A stretch of DNA of 64,000 nt from Myxococcota bacterium (GTDB taxonomy: Bacteria; Myxococcota_A; Polyangia; Nannocystales; Nannocystaceae), in contig JBCCHT010000028.1 of assembly GCA_039028615.1 (NCBI GenBank), positions 124,235 through 188,234 on the forward strand, read 5' to 3'. The notes beneath the pieces are model-generated. The model made no database searches. It was not told where the DNA came from and saw only the letters and a list, made by a program, of their open reading frames with translations. Position 1 is the first letter of the stretch. Each line of letters opens with the position of its first letter. Positions 23,042 through 32,475 of this stretch are shown piece by piece. The translations under genes and the position numbers were made by a program.

Positions 23042-23761
23042 ATGCGAATCTTGCCCTTTGGTGGCTTTGTTGCACTAACTCTCCTCGTTGGCTGTGGTGA
23101 CGACTCCAGCGGTGACACCGGTGCCGGCAGCACCAGCACGACCGACGCGGTGACCAGCTCCAGCGGCGGCGCCGCGGAGAGCTCCACCGGCTCGGCCGAG
23201 GGCGAATCGACCGCGGCCGACTCGACCGGCAGCGCCGACAGCAGCGGCGGCACAGACTCCACGGGCGAAGGCGCCGAGAGCTCGTCGGGCGTGATGGTCG
23301 ACTTCGGCATGAGCAGCCCCGCGTTCGAGCCCGACGGTCCCTTCCCCGGCACCATGCACGTCGCTGGCGGCAACATGAGCCCCCAGCTCGACTGGGAGGG
23401 CGCCCCCGCCGACACGCAGAGCTTTGGCATCTTCTTCCACGACGAGACCATCTCGTTCAACCACTCGGCGATCTGGAACATCCCGGGCGACGCCGAGGGT
23501 GTGCCCGGGAACATCGAGCTCGAGGCCATGCCCGCCAGCGTCGCCGGGGCCGTGCAGTGCCAGAGCTGGATCGATGAGTTCGGCTACGGCGGCCCCGGCT
23601 CGCCCGCCAACTTCTACGTGTTCACGCTCTACGCCCTCGACATCGACGACCTGAGCGGCGAGATCGACCAGAACTCCTCGCTCGGCCAGGTGCGCACCGC
23701 CCTCGAGAACCACGCGATCGAGTCGGTCACGCTGCGCGGCCAGTCCGCTGGCCCCGGCTGA
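23042..23761 (+). CDS. YbhB/YbcL (PEBP family) lipoprotein
   Basis: Lipobox LLVG|C, Ser/Thr/Gly tether, then SPQLDW, WNIP, GYGGP and YVFTLYALD. Confidence 0.88.
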   Translation: MRILPFGGFVALTLLVGCGDDSSGDTGAGSTSTTDAVTSSSGGAAESSTGSAEGESTAADSTGSADSSGGTDSTGEGAESSSGVMVDFGMSSPAFEPDGPFPGTMHVAGGNMSPQLDWEGAPADTQSFGIFFHDETISFNHSAIWNIPGDAEGVPGNIELEAMPASVAGAVQCQSWIDEFGYGGPGSPANFYVFTLYALDIDDLSGEIDQNSSLGQVRTALENHAIESVTLRGQSAGPG

Positions 23762-23781
23762 TCCTCTTCGTCGAACCCCAT

Positions 23782-23820
23782 AAAAAAAGAGCCGCTCCGA
23801 AGCATCGGAGCGGCTCTTTT
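23782..23820. terminator. bidirectional intrinsic terminator
   Basis: Perfect 16-bp inverted repeat (23785-23800 / 23805-23820) with an A-run on the left and a T-run on the right, between convergent genes. Confidence 0.92.
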
Positions 23821-23842
23821 CGTGGTGCCTACCGGGCGCGGG

Positions 23843-26734
23843 CTAGATGCACGCGCCGACCAGCGGACCCACGCACGCGTTCACCTGAGACAGCGTCGTC
23901 GAGCCGAAGGAGCCCGAGGGGAACACTGCGTCGTTGATGGTGAAGTCGGCCAGCTCCACCCCATCCGAGTCACGGGTGATGGTGATGTCGCTCTGCGTCT
24001 GCGTGTAGTCGATGGTGATGGTGTAGGACTGCCCCTCGACCCAGCCATCGGCCAAGCTGTCGCCCGGCGCGGCGAGCAGCGTGGAGTTGGCGGTGTCGGC
24101 GGGGCAATAGAAGTCCGCCCCGCTCAGCGCGGCGAAGTTCGGCCCCTCGATGCGCTTGACCACCACGCCCTCCGGCGTCGTGCACCCGAAGAAGCTCTGG
24201 GCGCCGTTCTTCCAGGCGAGCGAGTAGTAGTTCGACTCGTCCTGAGCACCCCAGATGAGGCCGACCCAGTCGTCGTCGCCCCCGTCGTTGGTGACCTCGA
24301 CCGTGCCTTGGAGCTGCGTGTCCTCGAACACCACGTCCGAGCACAGGTGCAGGCCGAACTCGTTGTTGCCCAGCTCGCACGCCCGCGATCCGCCCATGTC
24401 GTACGTGATGGTCGCGGACGCTCCCGTACCGCTCGCGCCGTAGTTGGCGGTGAGCAACGTGCAGTTGTTCTGCAGATCGAAGGCCTCGGGCACGACCACC
24501 AGCGCGGTGTCCTGGGCCATGTTGAAGCCGTCGTCCACCGTCACCGTGTAGCTCTGGAAGCCGGCCGGCGACGCCTCGGTCACCGCCATGTTCGGAGCGG
24601 AGAGCGTGCCGTCGTCCGGCGTCCACGCGTAGGTGTAGGGGCCTCCGGTGCCGCCCGAGGCGGTGGCCTGCATCGTCACTGGACCAGCCACGAACTCGGA
24701 GCACGTCGGCGTGGTCTCGACCGAGAGCAGGTCGTTGCAGACCAGCGAACCGGCATCGCAGCCCGCCGACACGCAGTCCCCACCGATGAGGCAAGACTCG
24801 CCCGGATCGCAGGTCATGCCGCAGGCACCACCGCAGTCCAGATCCGTCTCATCGCCGTTTTGCAGGCCGTCATCGCACGCAGGCGGCTCGCACAGGTCGA
24901 GTTCGTTGCAGACCCCGGACTCACAGTCGAGCCCGTTGTCGCAGCCTTCGCCGTCCTCGCAGGGGTCACAGGTCGGGCCGCCGCAATCCACGTCCGTCTC
25001 GGCGCCGTTTTGCACGCCGTCGTCACAGGTCGGTGGCTCGCAGACGTTGCCCGCCGGGTCGCAGACCTCGGACATACAGTCCATGCCCGCCATGCACATC
25101 TCGCCGTCGTTGCAGGGCTGGCAGTCGGGACCGCCACAGTCCACGTCCGTCTCCGCACCGTTTTGGATCCCGTCGTCGCAGGTCGCCTCCTGGCACTCCT
25201 CGTCGAGGCAGACCATCGACTGACAATCGAAGATGGTGATGCAGGCCTCGCCCGTGTCGCAGGGGTCGCAGACCCCTCCGCCACAGTCGACGTCGGTCTC
25301 GAGCCCGTTCATGACCCCGTCGGTACACGACGGATCCTCGCAGACGCCGGCATTGCAGACCTCCGACTCGCAGTCGGCGTCGTCGTTGCACATCTCGCCG
25401 CCATCGCAGGGCAGACAATCGGGGCCGCCGCAATCGACGTCCGTCTCGTTGCCGTTCATCAGACCGTCGTTGCAGGTCGGGTCCTCGCACTCGCCCGCCG
25501 CCGGATCGCAGGTCTCGGACATGCAGTCGCTGTCCATCTCGCAATCTTCACCGTTGTCGCAGCCGTCGCAGTCCGGGCCGCCACAGTCCACGTCCGTCTC
25601 CAGGCCGTTGAGCAGCCCGTCGTCGCAGGTGGCCGGCGTGCACACGCCTGGCACGGGCGGCATGCCCATGCAGATGCCCGACTCGCAATCGGTGGGCTCG
25701 AGGCAGATCTCGGCGTCTTCACAGGGCTGACACTCCGGCCCGCCGCAGTCTACGTCCGTCTCCAGGCCGTTGATTTCACCATCGGCGCAGGTGGGCGGCA
25801 CGCAGTTGCCGTCGTCGCACTCGCTCGACATGCAGTCCGTGTCGACCTCGCAGAGGCCCGGCTCGTCGCACGCCGGGCAGTCGGGGCCGCCGCAGTCTAC
25901 GTCCGTCTCGTTGCCGTTCGGCGTGCCGTCGGTGCACGACGGCTCGTCGCAGGTCCCCGCCGCGGCGTCACACACGAAGTGCACGCAATCGACATGGACC
26001 TCGCAGCCCTCGCCGGGCTCACAGGTCGACCCACAGCTGCCGCCGCAGTCCTGGTCGGTCTCGTCCCCGTTCTGCACGCCGTCGTCGCAGGTCGGCGGCT
26101 CACACATGCCGGTCTCGGCGTTGCAGACCTGCGACTCGCAGTCCTCGGGGCCATCGCAGTCGTCGGCGGGCGGGCACGGGTCACACGAGCCGCCGCAATC
26201 CACGTCGGTCTCGTCCCCGTTTTGTATCCCGTCGTCACACGAGGATCCGTCGCAGGTACCGTCGTCGTTGCACTGCCCAGACTGGCAGTCTTCGCCGTCC
26301 TGACACCCGTCTCCGTCCGGGCATGGTTCACACGAGCCGCCGCAGTCCACGTCGGTCTCGTCCCCGTTTTCGAACCCGTCGGTGCACGTCGGGTCGGTGC
26401 AGGTCATGCCGTCGCCGCACCACTCGGTCTGGCAGTCCTCGTTGCTCTCGCACCCCTGGCCGCTGCCGCACTGCTCGTCGCACGAGCCGCCGCAGTCCAC
26501 GTCGGTCTCGTCCCCGTCTTGGACGCCGTTGGAGCAGCTGCCCCCGCCCCCGGAGGAGTCGGCCGCCGTATCGGCCGCGGTGGCGCCGTCGTCGTCCGTG
26601 CCCCCGCCCGTGACGACGGGGCACCCCGCATCCGCGGTCTGCAGCAGGCCGTCGTCGAAGCAGTTGTTGGCACAACCCGGCAAGAAGATCAGGCCGAAGG
26701 TCCCGGCCGCTATGGTCAATGTCTTGGTGTTCAT
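23843..26734 (-). CDS. surface lipoprotein: 12 Cys-rich ETDVDCGG repeats, PKD/Ig-like module, thrombospondin C-terminal-like domain
   Basis: Lipobox FLPG|C; 12 repeats counted; SGGTGGPYTYAW...YTVTVDD Ig-like segment; C-terminal DDDWVGLIWGAQDESNYYSLAWK...GW...SQ. Confidence 0.85.
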   Translation of the reverse strand: MNTKTLTIAAGTFGLIFLPGCANNCFDDGLLQTADAGCPVVTGGGTDDDGATAADTAADSSGGGGSCSNGVQDGDETDVDCGGSCDEQCGSGQGCESNEDCQTEWCGDGMTCTDPTCTDGFENGDETDVDCGGSCEPCPDGDGCQDGEDCQSGQCNDDGTCDGSSCDDGIQNGDETDVDCGGSCDPCPPADDCDGPEDCESQVCNAETGMCEPPTCDDGVQNGDETDQDCGGSCGSTCEPGEGCEVHVDCVHFVCDAAAGTCDEPSCTDGTPNGNETDVDCGGPDCPACDEPGLCEVDTDCMSSECDDGNCVPPTCADGEINGLETDVDCGGPECQPCEDAEICLEPTDCESGICMGMPPVPGVCTPATCDDGLLNGLETDVDCGGPDCDGCDNGEDCEMDSDCMSETCDPAAGECEDPTCNDGLMNGNETDVDCGGPDCLPCDGGEMCNDDADCESEVCNAGVCEDPSCTDGVMNGLETDVDCGGGVCDPCDTGEACITIFDCQSMVCLDEECQEATCDDGIQNGAETDVDCGGPDCQPCNDGEMCMAGMDCMSEVCDPAGNVCEPPTCDDGVQNGAETDVDCGGPTCDPCEDGEGCDNGLDCESGVCNELDLCEPPACDDGLQNGDETDLDCGGACGMTCDPGESCLIGGDCVSAGCDAGSLVCNDLLSVETTPTCSEFVAGPVTMQATASGGTGGPYTYAWTPDDGTLSAPNMAVTEASPAGFQSYTVTVDDGFNMAQDTALVVVPEAFDLQNNCTLLTANYGASGTGASATITYDMGGSRACELGNNEFGLHLCSDVVFEDTQLQGTVEVTNDGGDDDWVGLIWGAQDESNYYSLAWKNGAQSFFGCTTPEGVVVKRIEGPNFAALSGADFYCPADTANSTLLAAPGDSLADGWVEGQSYTITIDYTQTQSDITITRDSDGVELADFTINDAVFPSGSFGSTTLSQVNACVGPLVGACI
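24737..26539 (-). repeat. 12 x ~150-bp coding repeat (CxDGxxNGxETDVDCGGxxC..., 8 Cys per unit)
   Basis: Counted directly in the translation. Confidence 0.95.
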
Positions 26735-26751
26735 CTCGTCCCCCCCAGTCC

Positions 26752-28215
26752 TCAACGCTCGAGCAACTTGAACTCGATGCGGCGGTTCTTGGCCCGCCCC
26801 TTCTTGGACTTGTTGCTCTGCCTCGGCTCCGTCTCACCGGCCCCACGCGTCTTGAATCGAGACGCCTCGAGCCCTGCCGCCACGAAGTAGTCGCGCACCG
26901 CGTTCGCGCGATCCTCGGACAGCTGGCGGTTGTACTCGTCGTTGCCGCGATCGTCGGTGTGCCCGACGATCTCGAGCCGCACGTTCGGGTACTCGGCCAG
27001 CACCTTCACGGCGCGATCCAGCAGCGGCTGCGACTTCTTGCGAATCGTCGCCTTGGCAGTGTCGAAGTAGATGCCCTCGATGACCCCGCTGAACTTCTCG
27101 ACCGCCTTGGGCACCTCGTCCGGGCAGCCGTCTTCGTCGTCGAAGCCGTTGCTCGTCTCCGGCTCCTCGACGCACTCGTCGTCCGGATCCAAGATCCCGT
27201 CCCCGTCCGTATCGGGAATCGGGCAGCCGTTGTAGGCCTCGACGCCCGGCACATCCACGCACTCGTCGTCCGGATCCAAGATCCCGTCCCCGTCCGTGTC
27301 GGGAACGGGGCAGCCCTCGAACTCCTCCACGCCCGGCACGTCGACGCACTTGTCGTCGGGATCCAGGATCCCGTCTCCGTCCGTGTCGGGGATGGGGCAG
27401 CCGTCGTACTCCGGTACGCCCGGCGTCTCGACGCACTCGTCGTCTGGATCCAAGATCCCGTCCCCGTCCGTATCCAGCGGGCCCTTCTTCGGCTCCGCGT
27501 TCTTGCGGCCGAGCACCAGGCTCAGGCCCAGCAGGACCTCGGGCGAGTGCACCACGCTCTCGCCCACGCCCCGCCGCGCCGTCATGTTGTCGCGCACGTC
27601 CAGACGCAGCGACGAGTAGCGGCTCATGTAGATCTTCAGGCCACCACCGAAGTGAAAGCCCAGGTCGATGTCGTTGCCGACCGCGTCGCGCTCACTGGCC
27701 ACCCCCAGTCCCGACGCGCCCGCGAGCACGAACGGCGTCACGCTCCACTTGGGGAGCTGCAAGATGACGTGACCCCGCGCGCCGTAGACCAGCGCGTTCT
27801 GGCCACCTTGGGTCTGCGTGGGCAGGACCGCGCCTTCGGCCTCGAGCCCGAGAATCCGCAAGACGTTGTATCCGACCCGTAGACCGCCCTCTGGGGCCCA
27901 CGAGCGCAGGGGCTGAAAGCCCTGGTCGACCAGCGTCAGGTCCGATTCGAATAGCTCGACGCGAGAGTGCGGAAACAAGACGCCGCCGAAGACACCCAGC
28001 TCCCAGGTGTTGCGCTCGGGCGCCCAGCGATGGATCCACTTCTGATCCTTGCGCTTGTTCTTCTTGGCGCGCTTCTTCTTCTTCTTCTCACCCCCGTCGG
28101 CCTCCGCCGAACCGGTGGCTTCGGTGGAATCACCACCGACCGAAATCTCTCCTGCTGCACCCGCGCCTGGCCCCGCCAGGGCCAGGGCTGAACCAACGAT
28201 CCAACTGATCCCCAT
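26752..28215 (-). CDS. OmpA-family outer membrane protein with thrombospondin type-3 repeats (TraB-like architecture)
   Basis: Signal peptide, amphipathic beta-barrel-like region, 4 x DTDGDGILDPDDxC...GCP, and an OmpA C-domain (GHTDDRG, LSEDRA, NRRIEF). Confidence 0.92.
   Translation of the reverse strand: MGISWIVGSALALAGPGAGAAGEISVGGDSTEATGSAEADGGEKKKKKRAKKNKRKDQKWIHRWAPERNTWELGVFGGVLFPHSRVELFESDLTLVDQGFQPLRSWAPEGGLRVGYNVLRILGLEAEGAVLPTQTQGGQNALVYGARGHVILQLPKWSVTPFVLAGASGLGVASERDAVGNDIDLGFHFGGGLKIYMSRYSSLRLDVRDNMTARRGVGESVVHSPEVLLGLSLVLGRKNAEPKKGPLDTDGDGILDPDDECVETPGVPEYDGCPIPDTDGDGILDPDDKCVDVPGVEEFEGCPVPDTDGDGILDPDDECVDVPGVEAYNGCPIPDTDGDGILDPDDECVEEPETSNGFDDEDGCPDEVPKAVEKFSGVIEGIYFDTAKATIRKKSQPLLDRAVKVLAEYPNVRLEIVGHTDDRGNDEYNRQLSEDRANAVRDYFVAAGLEASRFKTRGAGETEPRQSNKSKKGRAKNRRIEFKLLER
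27118..27474 (-). repeat. 4 x 87-bp thrombospondin type-3-like repeats
   Basis: DTDGDGILDPDD recurs every 29 aa. Confidence 0.92.
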
Positions 28216-28366
28216 CGACAATGTCCCTCCGCCGTGTGTGTTCAGCAAGAGTCGTTCCAACCGGCCGGTCGGCGGAGAACGAGATTCGCTCAGTGTTCCA
28301 TCACACGTGCCAACGCCGTGGGCGGGGCATTGCGCCCCGCCGCGGCTTTTTACTAGGGACGGTGGC

Positions 28367-29671
28367 TCAGGCCCAGGTGCGCGAGGCGTGGAGGGCCAGG
28401 CCGGAGGCGATCGACATCAGCTCGTCACCCCCTCGCAGCTTGTCCGCCCCGAAGCGCGTCTCGAACTCGCGGCGAACGACGGGGACGAATGCGGTCCCGC
28501 CCGTCATGAACACACGATCGACCTCCGCCGCGGTCACGCCCGCTTTGGCCAGGGTGTCGTCGAGGGCCCCCGCGATGCGAGCGACATGGTCGGCGATCCA
28601 CGCCTCGAACTGGCTGCGCTCCACGGGCGCCTCCACCTTCACCGGGCCGTCCTCGTAGTGAAAGGTGCCCTCGGCCGCGGACGACAGCGAGATCTTGAGG
28701 CGCTCGACCGCCTTGTGCAGGTGAAAGCCCTGGTTGTTGTCGATGACGTGGATGAGCGCGCCGATGGCCTCTGGCTGGCGCGCGAAACGATGCAGCCGGT
28801 CGAGCTCGGCTCGGGTGCGCTTGCCTTTGAGAAACGACAGATGATGCCAGCGGGAGAGCTTGTAGTAGTACGAGTTGGGGATGGCCAGCTCTCGGCCCAT
28901 CTCCACGTAGGTCGAGCCGCGCCCCAGCTGCGGGCAGACCAGGTGCTCGATGATGGCGGCATCCAGGTCGTCGCCCGCCACCGCCACGCCACCGGTCGCA
29001 ACGATGTCTCCCACGCGCTCGGTCTGCTGGTGGCGCTGCGGGCCCAGTCGCATCAGGCAAAAATCGCTGGTACCACCGCCGAAGTCGGCCACCAGCGCCA
29101 GTTCGGGCGCCTCGAGGGTTTTTTCGTAGTGATACGCGGCCGCGATGGGCTCGAGTTCGAAGAGCACCTCCTCGAACCCGGCCTTGGTCGCCGCGGTGGC
29201 CAGGCGCTGCTGGGCTTCCTCGTTGGCCTCGTCGGTGTCGGCACCCGCGAAGCACACCGGGCGCCCCAGCATCGCGTGCCGAACCTCGACGCCCCGCTGC
29301 TCGCTCAGGCACTGCCGTAGCCGGAAGAAGAACAGGGTCAGCATGTCGTCGAGGGTGACGCCGTGGTGACCTATCTGCGTGCGCCCCAGCGACAAAGTGG
29401 TGAGGTGCGTCTTGAACGACTGCACCAGCCGCCCCTCCCCCATCGCCTCGAGGTAGGCCTCGATGGCCCCCACCCCGGCGTGGAATTGGATGGGCAGCCG
29501 GACCTCCTGCTCGTCGGGATCGAAAAAGAGCAGGGTCCGGTAGCTCTGGGTCAGCGCGCCCAGCAGGGTGAACTCCAAGAAGCTCACCTGCCCGGTCGCG
29601 TCCGCCAGCGCGAGCGCGGAGTTGGAGGTGCCGAAGTCGATACCGACGCAAGGAGTGCGGGGCTGCCCCAT
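28367..29671 (-). CDS. Hsp70-family protein (YegD-like)
   Basis: GIDFGTSNS, GRPV, EPIAAA, DFGGGTSDF and MTGG motifs; no DnaK substrate-binding domain. Confidence 0.9.
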   Translation of the reverse strand: MGQPRTPCVGIDFGTSNSALALADATGQVSFLEFTLLGALTQSYRTLLFFDPDEQEVRLPIQFHAGVGAIEAYLEAMGEGRLVQSFKTHLTTLSLGRTQIGHHGVTLDDMLTLFFFRLRQCLSEQRGVEVRHAMLGRPVCFAGADTDEANEEAQQRLATAATKAGFEEVLFELEPIAAAYHYEKTLEAPELALVADFGGGTSDFCLMRLGPQRHQQTERVGDIVATGGVAVAGDDLDAAIIEHLVCPQLGRGSTYVEMGRELAIPNSYYYKLSRWHHLSFLKGKRTRAELDRLHRFARQPEAIGALIHVIDNNQGFHLHKAVERLKISLSSAAEGTFHYEDGPVKVEAPVERSQFEAWIADHVARIAGALDDTLAKAGVTAAEVDRVFMTGGTAFVPVVRREFETRFGADKLRGGDELMSIASGLALHASRTWA

Positions 29672-29772
29672 GAAGCGACACAGACTACACGGGGTTGGGC
29701 GAGAGTCCAGGCGCAACGAGGGCCCGACCGAAGTCGAGCCCTGCGAGCGAGCTCAATCGGTACGAGGGCGAC

Positions 29773-30261
29773 TCAGATGCACTGCGCCGCGCAGCCAGCC
29801 GAGCACATGACCAGCATGGTGATCAGCTCGTTTTCGGCGGCGTCGCACTCCGTCGTGCAGGCCTCGACCCCGGCCACGCCGGGCATCGTCTCGACGCAGG
29901 CCTGGAAGCACTGACACTCGCCGGACTCGTCGGCGTCGCAGGCCTCGAGCTGCGGGCAGCAGCTCTCCTTGACGCAGGTCGCACACTCGTCGTCCGAGGC
30001 CTCGGGGTCACAGGCGCCCGCCGCCTCGGTGTCGTTGGCGGTCTCGTCGCCCGGGTCGGTGGTGGCGACGTCGGTGGTCGCCGCGTCGGTGGTCGCCTCG
30101 GTCGTGGCCGACTCCGTGGTGGCGGCCTCGGTAGCCCCGGCTTCCGTGGTCGCGGCCTCGGTGGTCGCGTTGCCGTCGGAGTCCCCCGTGCTGCTGTCGT
30201 CACCGCAGGCGGTGGTCGCGAGAAGGAGGCCGAGCGTGAAGGTCGAGACGAGTCGTTTCAT
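29773..30261 (-). CDS. small lipoprotein with Thr/Ala/Glu tether and Cys-rich C-terminal domain
   Basis: LATTA|CGDD lipobox; 15-bp TTEAA-type repeats; CxxCxxxxCC...CxC tail. Confidence 0.85.
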   Translation of the reverse strand: MKRLVSTFTLGLLLATTACGDDSSTGDSDGNATTEAATTEAGATEAATTESATTEATTDAATTDVATTDPGDETANDTEAAGACDPEASDDECATCVKESCCPQLEACDADESGECQCFQACVETMPGVAGVEACTTECDAAENELITMLVMCSAGCAAQCI

Positions 30262-30482
30262 GAAAGCGCGTTCCGTAGTCGAGGCGCGGGATGGTGCCAC
30301 GGAGCCGGAAGTCACAGCAATGCCGGCTCGGGCCCCGCTGCGGCCCATGTCACGGCCCCGCGCAAACTCTCGCGCACCGTTTTGATTCAATCGTTGGGAA
30401 CGCCGGGTTTTGGGGCCAGCCGATGTGGTATCGCAAACCCAGCGTGTTCTCCCTGCCCGGATCGATGGCGCGACTCGCCGCC

Positions 30483-31649
30483 ATGAACGTGGACCCGATG
30501 ATGCCGGTCATCGTGGGGGCGGCGTTCTGCATCCTCGTCGTCGGGCTCGCCCTGCGCCGCGTCGGCCAGCCCCAGGTGGTCGCGTACCTCATCACCGGAG
30601 TCCTGCTCGGACCGCACGTGCTCGAGGTGTTCACCGACCAGGTCGCCATCGCGCGCGTCGGCGACTTCGGGGTGCTGCTGCTGTTGTTCTTCCTGGGCAT
30701 GGAGGTCTGCGTCGACGAACTGGTCCGGGGCTGGCGGGTCGCGATCATCGGCACCGCCTTGCAGGTCTTCGGCAGCGTGGCGCTGTGCTTCGCCATCGGC
30801 ACCCTCATGGGTTGGCCCGTGGCGCGCATCGTGCTGCTCGGCTTCGTCGTCAGCCTCAGCAGCACGGCCGTGGTCGTCTCGGTCCTGCACGCGCGAGAAG
30901 AACTCCACGAGCAAGTGGGCCGAGATGCGCTGTCGGTGCTGCTCGTGCAGGACGTCGCCATCGCGCCCATGCTGATCGTGGTGGGCCTGCTCTCGGGCGG
31001 CCCCGTCGACAAGACCACGCTCATGCTCCAGGTGAGCGGCGGCGCCGTCATCATCGTCCTCGTCGCCATCGTGGTGAAGAAGCGGACGATCCACCTGCCC
31101 TTCGCCAAGCTGCTCGAGGCCGATCACGAGCTGCAGGTCTTCGCCGCCGGGCTGTTGTGCCTCGGCTTGTCGCTGGCGACCGGCTCGATGGGGCTGTCGT
31201 CGGCCCTGGGCGCGTTCGTGGCCGGCTTGCTCGTGGGCTCCGCCCCGGAGACGGACTGGGTGCACCACGTGCTCGAGCCCTTCCGGGTGCTGCTGCTGGC
31301 GCTGTTCTTCGTGTCGATCGGCTTGTTGGTCGACCTGACCTTCATCGCCGAGTACTGGAAGGTCGTCGGCTTTCTCGTGGTCGGCACGCTGACCACCAAC
31401 ACCCTGCTCAACGGACTCATCCTCAAGGTCCTGGGGCGCACGTGGAGCCACTCGATCTACACGGGCGCGGTGCTGTCCCAGATCGGCGAGCTGAGCTTCG
31501 TGCTGGCTGCGGTGGGCAAGGGCATGGGCATCATCGACGACTTCGCCTACGGGCTGGCCATCGCAACCATCGCCTCCACGCTGCTGCTGAGCCCGGCGTG
31601 GACCGGCGCCTTGCGAGCGGTGTCTAGGTTTTCCCGTGAGTCAGAATGA
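30483..31649 (+). CDS. cation:proton antiporter (CPA2 family, no TrkA domain)
   Basis: About 12 TM helices; SLSSTAVV, LLVQDVA and SQIGELSF motifs. Confidence 0.92.
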   Translation: MNVDPMMPVIVGAAFCILVVGLALRRVGQPQVVAYLITGVLLGPHVLEVFTDQVAIARVGDFGVLLLLFFLGMEVCVDELVRGWRVAIIGTALQVFGSVALCFAIGTLMGWPVARIVLLGFVVSLSSTAVVVSVLHAREELHEQVGRDALSVLLVQDVAIAPMLIVVGLLSGGPVDKTTLMLQVSGGAVIIVLVAIVVKKRTIHLPFAKLLEADHELQVFAAGLLCLGLSLATGSMGLSSALGAFVAGLLVGSAPETDWVHHVLEPFRVLLLALFFVSIGLLVDLTFIAEYWKVVGFLVVGTLTTNTLLNGLILKVLGRTWSHSIYTGAVLSQIGELSFVLAAVGKGMGIIDDFAYGLAIATIASTLLLSPAWTGALRAVSRFSRESE

Positions 31650-32442
31650 ACCGAGACACCGCGCTGTCGGCCCGGCCGAGCTCGTGGACGACTTGGTAGT
31701 GATTGAGTGACGGGCACGCGAGGTACTCGAAGGCCGCGTTGTCCCGGTTGTCCTCGTGGAGGCGACGCGATTGCTCGATGAAGAACTCGGTCTCGCCCGC
31801 GCCCACGGCCAGCATGGTCGGGCACGTCACCACGCCGAGGTCGAGCCGGGCGGGGCTGTGGAGCGCGACGTCCGATTCGGTCAGCTGCAGGACCTCGTCG
31901 AGGTAGCTGCCGCGGATGGGCTCGAGGTCGAAGATCCCGCTGAGGCTGCACAGAGCTCGAATCGACGGTCGCAGGGCCTCGTTGCGCAGATAGGCCATGA
32001 GCGCGAGGTGACCGCCCGCCGAGTGGCCAGCAATCGTGAGGGCGCTCGGGTCGGCGCCGAAGCGGGGCCCTTCGCGGCCGATCCAGCGCAGGGCCTCGTC
32101 GATGTCTCCGACCAGGTCCTCCATGGTCACCGCGGGGATCAACCGGTAGTTGAGCACGAAGACCGCGAAACCGGCTTCGACGAAGGGCTCGGCCGTGAAC
32201 CGATAGCTGCGCTTGTCCAACGCCCGCCAGTACCCGCCGTGGATGAACACCAAGACCGGGGCGCCCGAGGCCTGCGCGGGAAACACGTCCATGCGTTGCA
32301 GCGACGCCGGGCCGTACGCCTCATCGAGCGCGCAGGGGACCTGCGCCACGACGCGCGCGCTGTGCTGCTCGTTGATGTCGAGGAAGCGCTGGAAGTCCGG
32401 GTGACGGGCGCGAAGATCGAGCTGCTCGCGGGCGAGTTTCAT
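31624..32442 (-). CDS. alpha/beta hydrolase (arylformamidase-like)
   Basis: FIHGGYW, GHSAGG, SGIFDL and a C-terminal NHY His. Confidence 0.88.
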   Translation of the reverse strand: MKLAREQLDLRARHPDFQRFLDINEQHSARVVAQVPCALDEAYGPASLQRMDVFPAQASGAPVLVFIHGGYWRALDKRSYRFTAEPFVEAGFAVFVLNYRLIPAVTMEDLVGDIDEALRWIGREGPRFGADPSALTIAGHSAGGHLALMAYLRNEALRPSIRALCSLSGIFDLEPIRGSYLDEVLQLTESDVALHSPARLDLGVVTCPTMLAVGAGETEFFIEQSRRLHEDNRDNAAFEYLACPSLNHYQVVHELGRADSAVSRFILTHGKT

Positions 32443-32475
32443 CGGTCGGCCTGATGCGGCCGTACCGTAGCACCG

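Noticed and set aside
24737..27474. Regularly spaced DNA repeats as a possible CRISPR array
   Set aside because: They are in-frame coding repeats with synonymous variation, and there are no cas genes.
26752..28215. Naming the OmpA gene traB
   Set aside because: The architecture matches, but such proteins have many paralogs and no upstream PA14/MYXO-CTERM traA is present.
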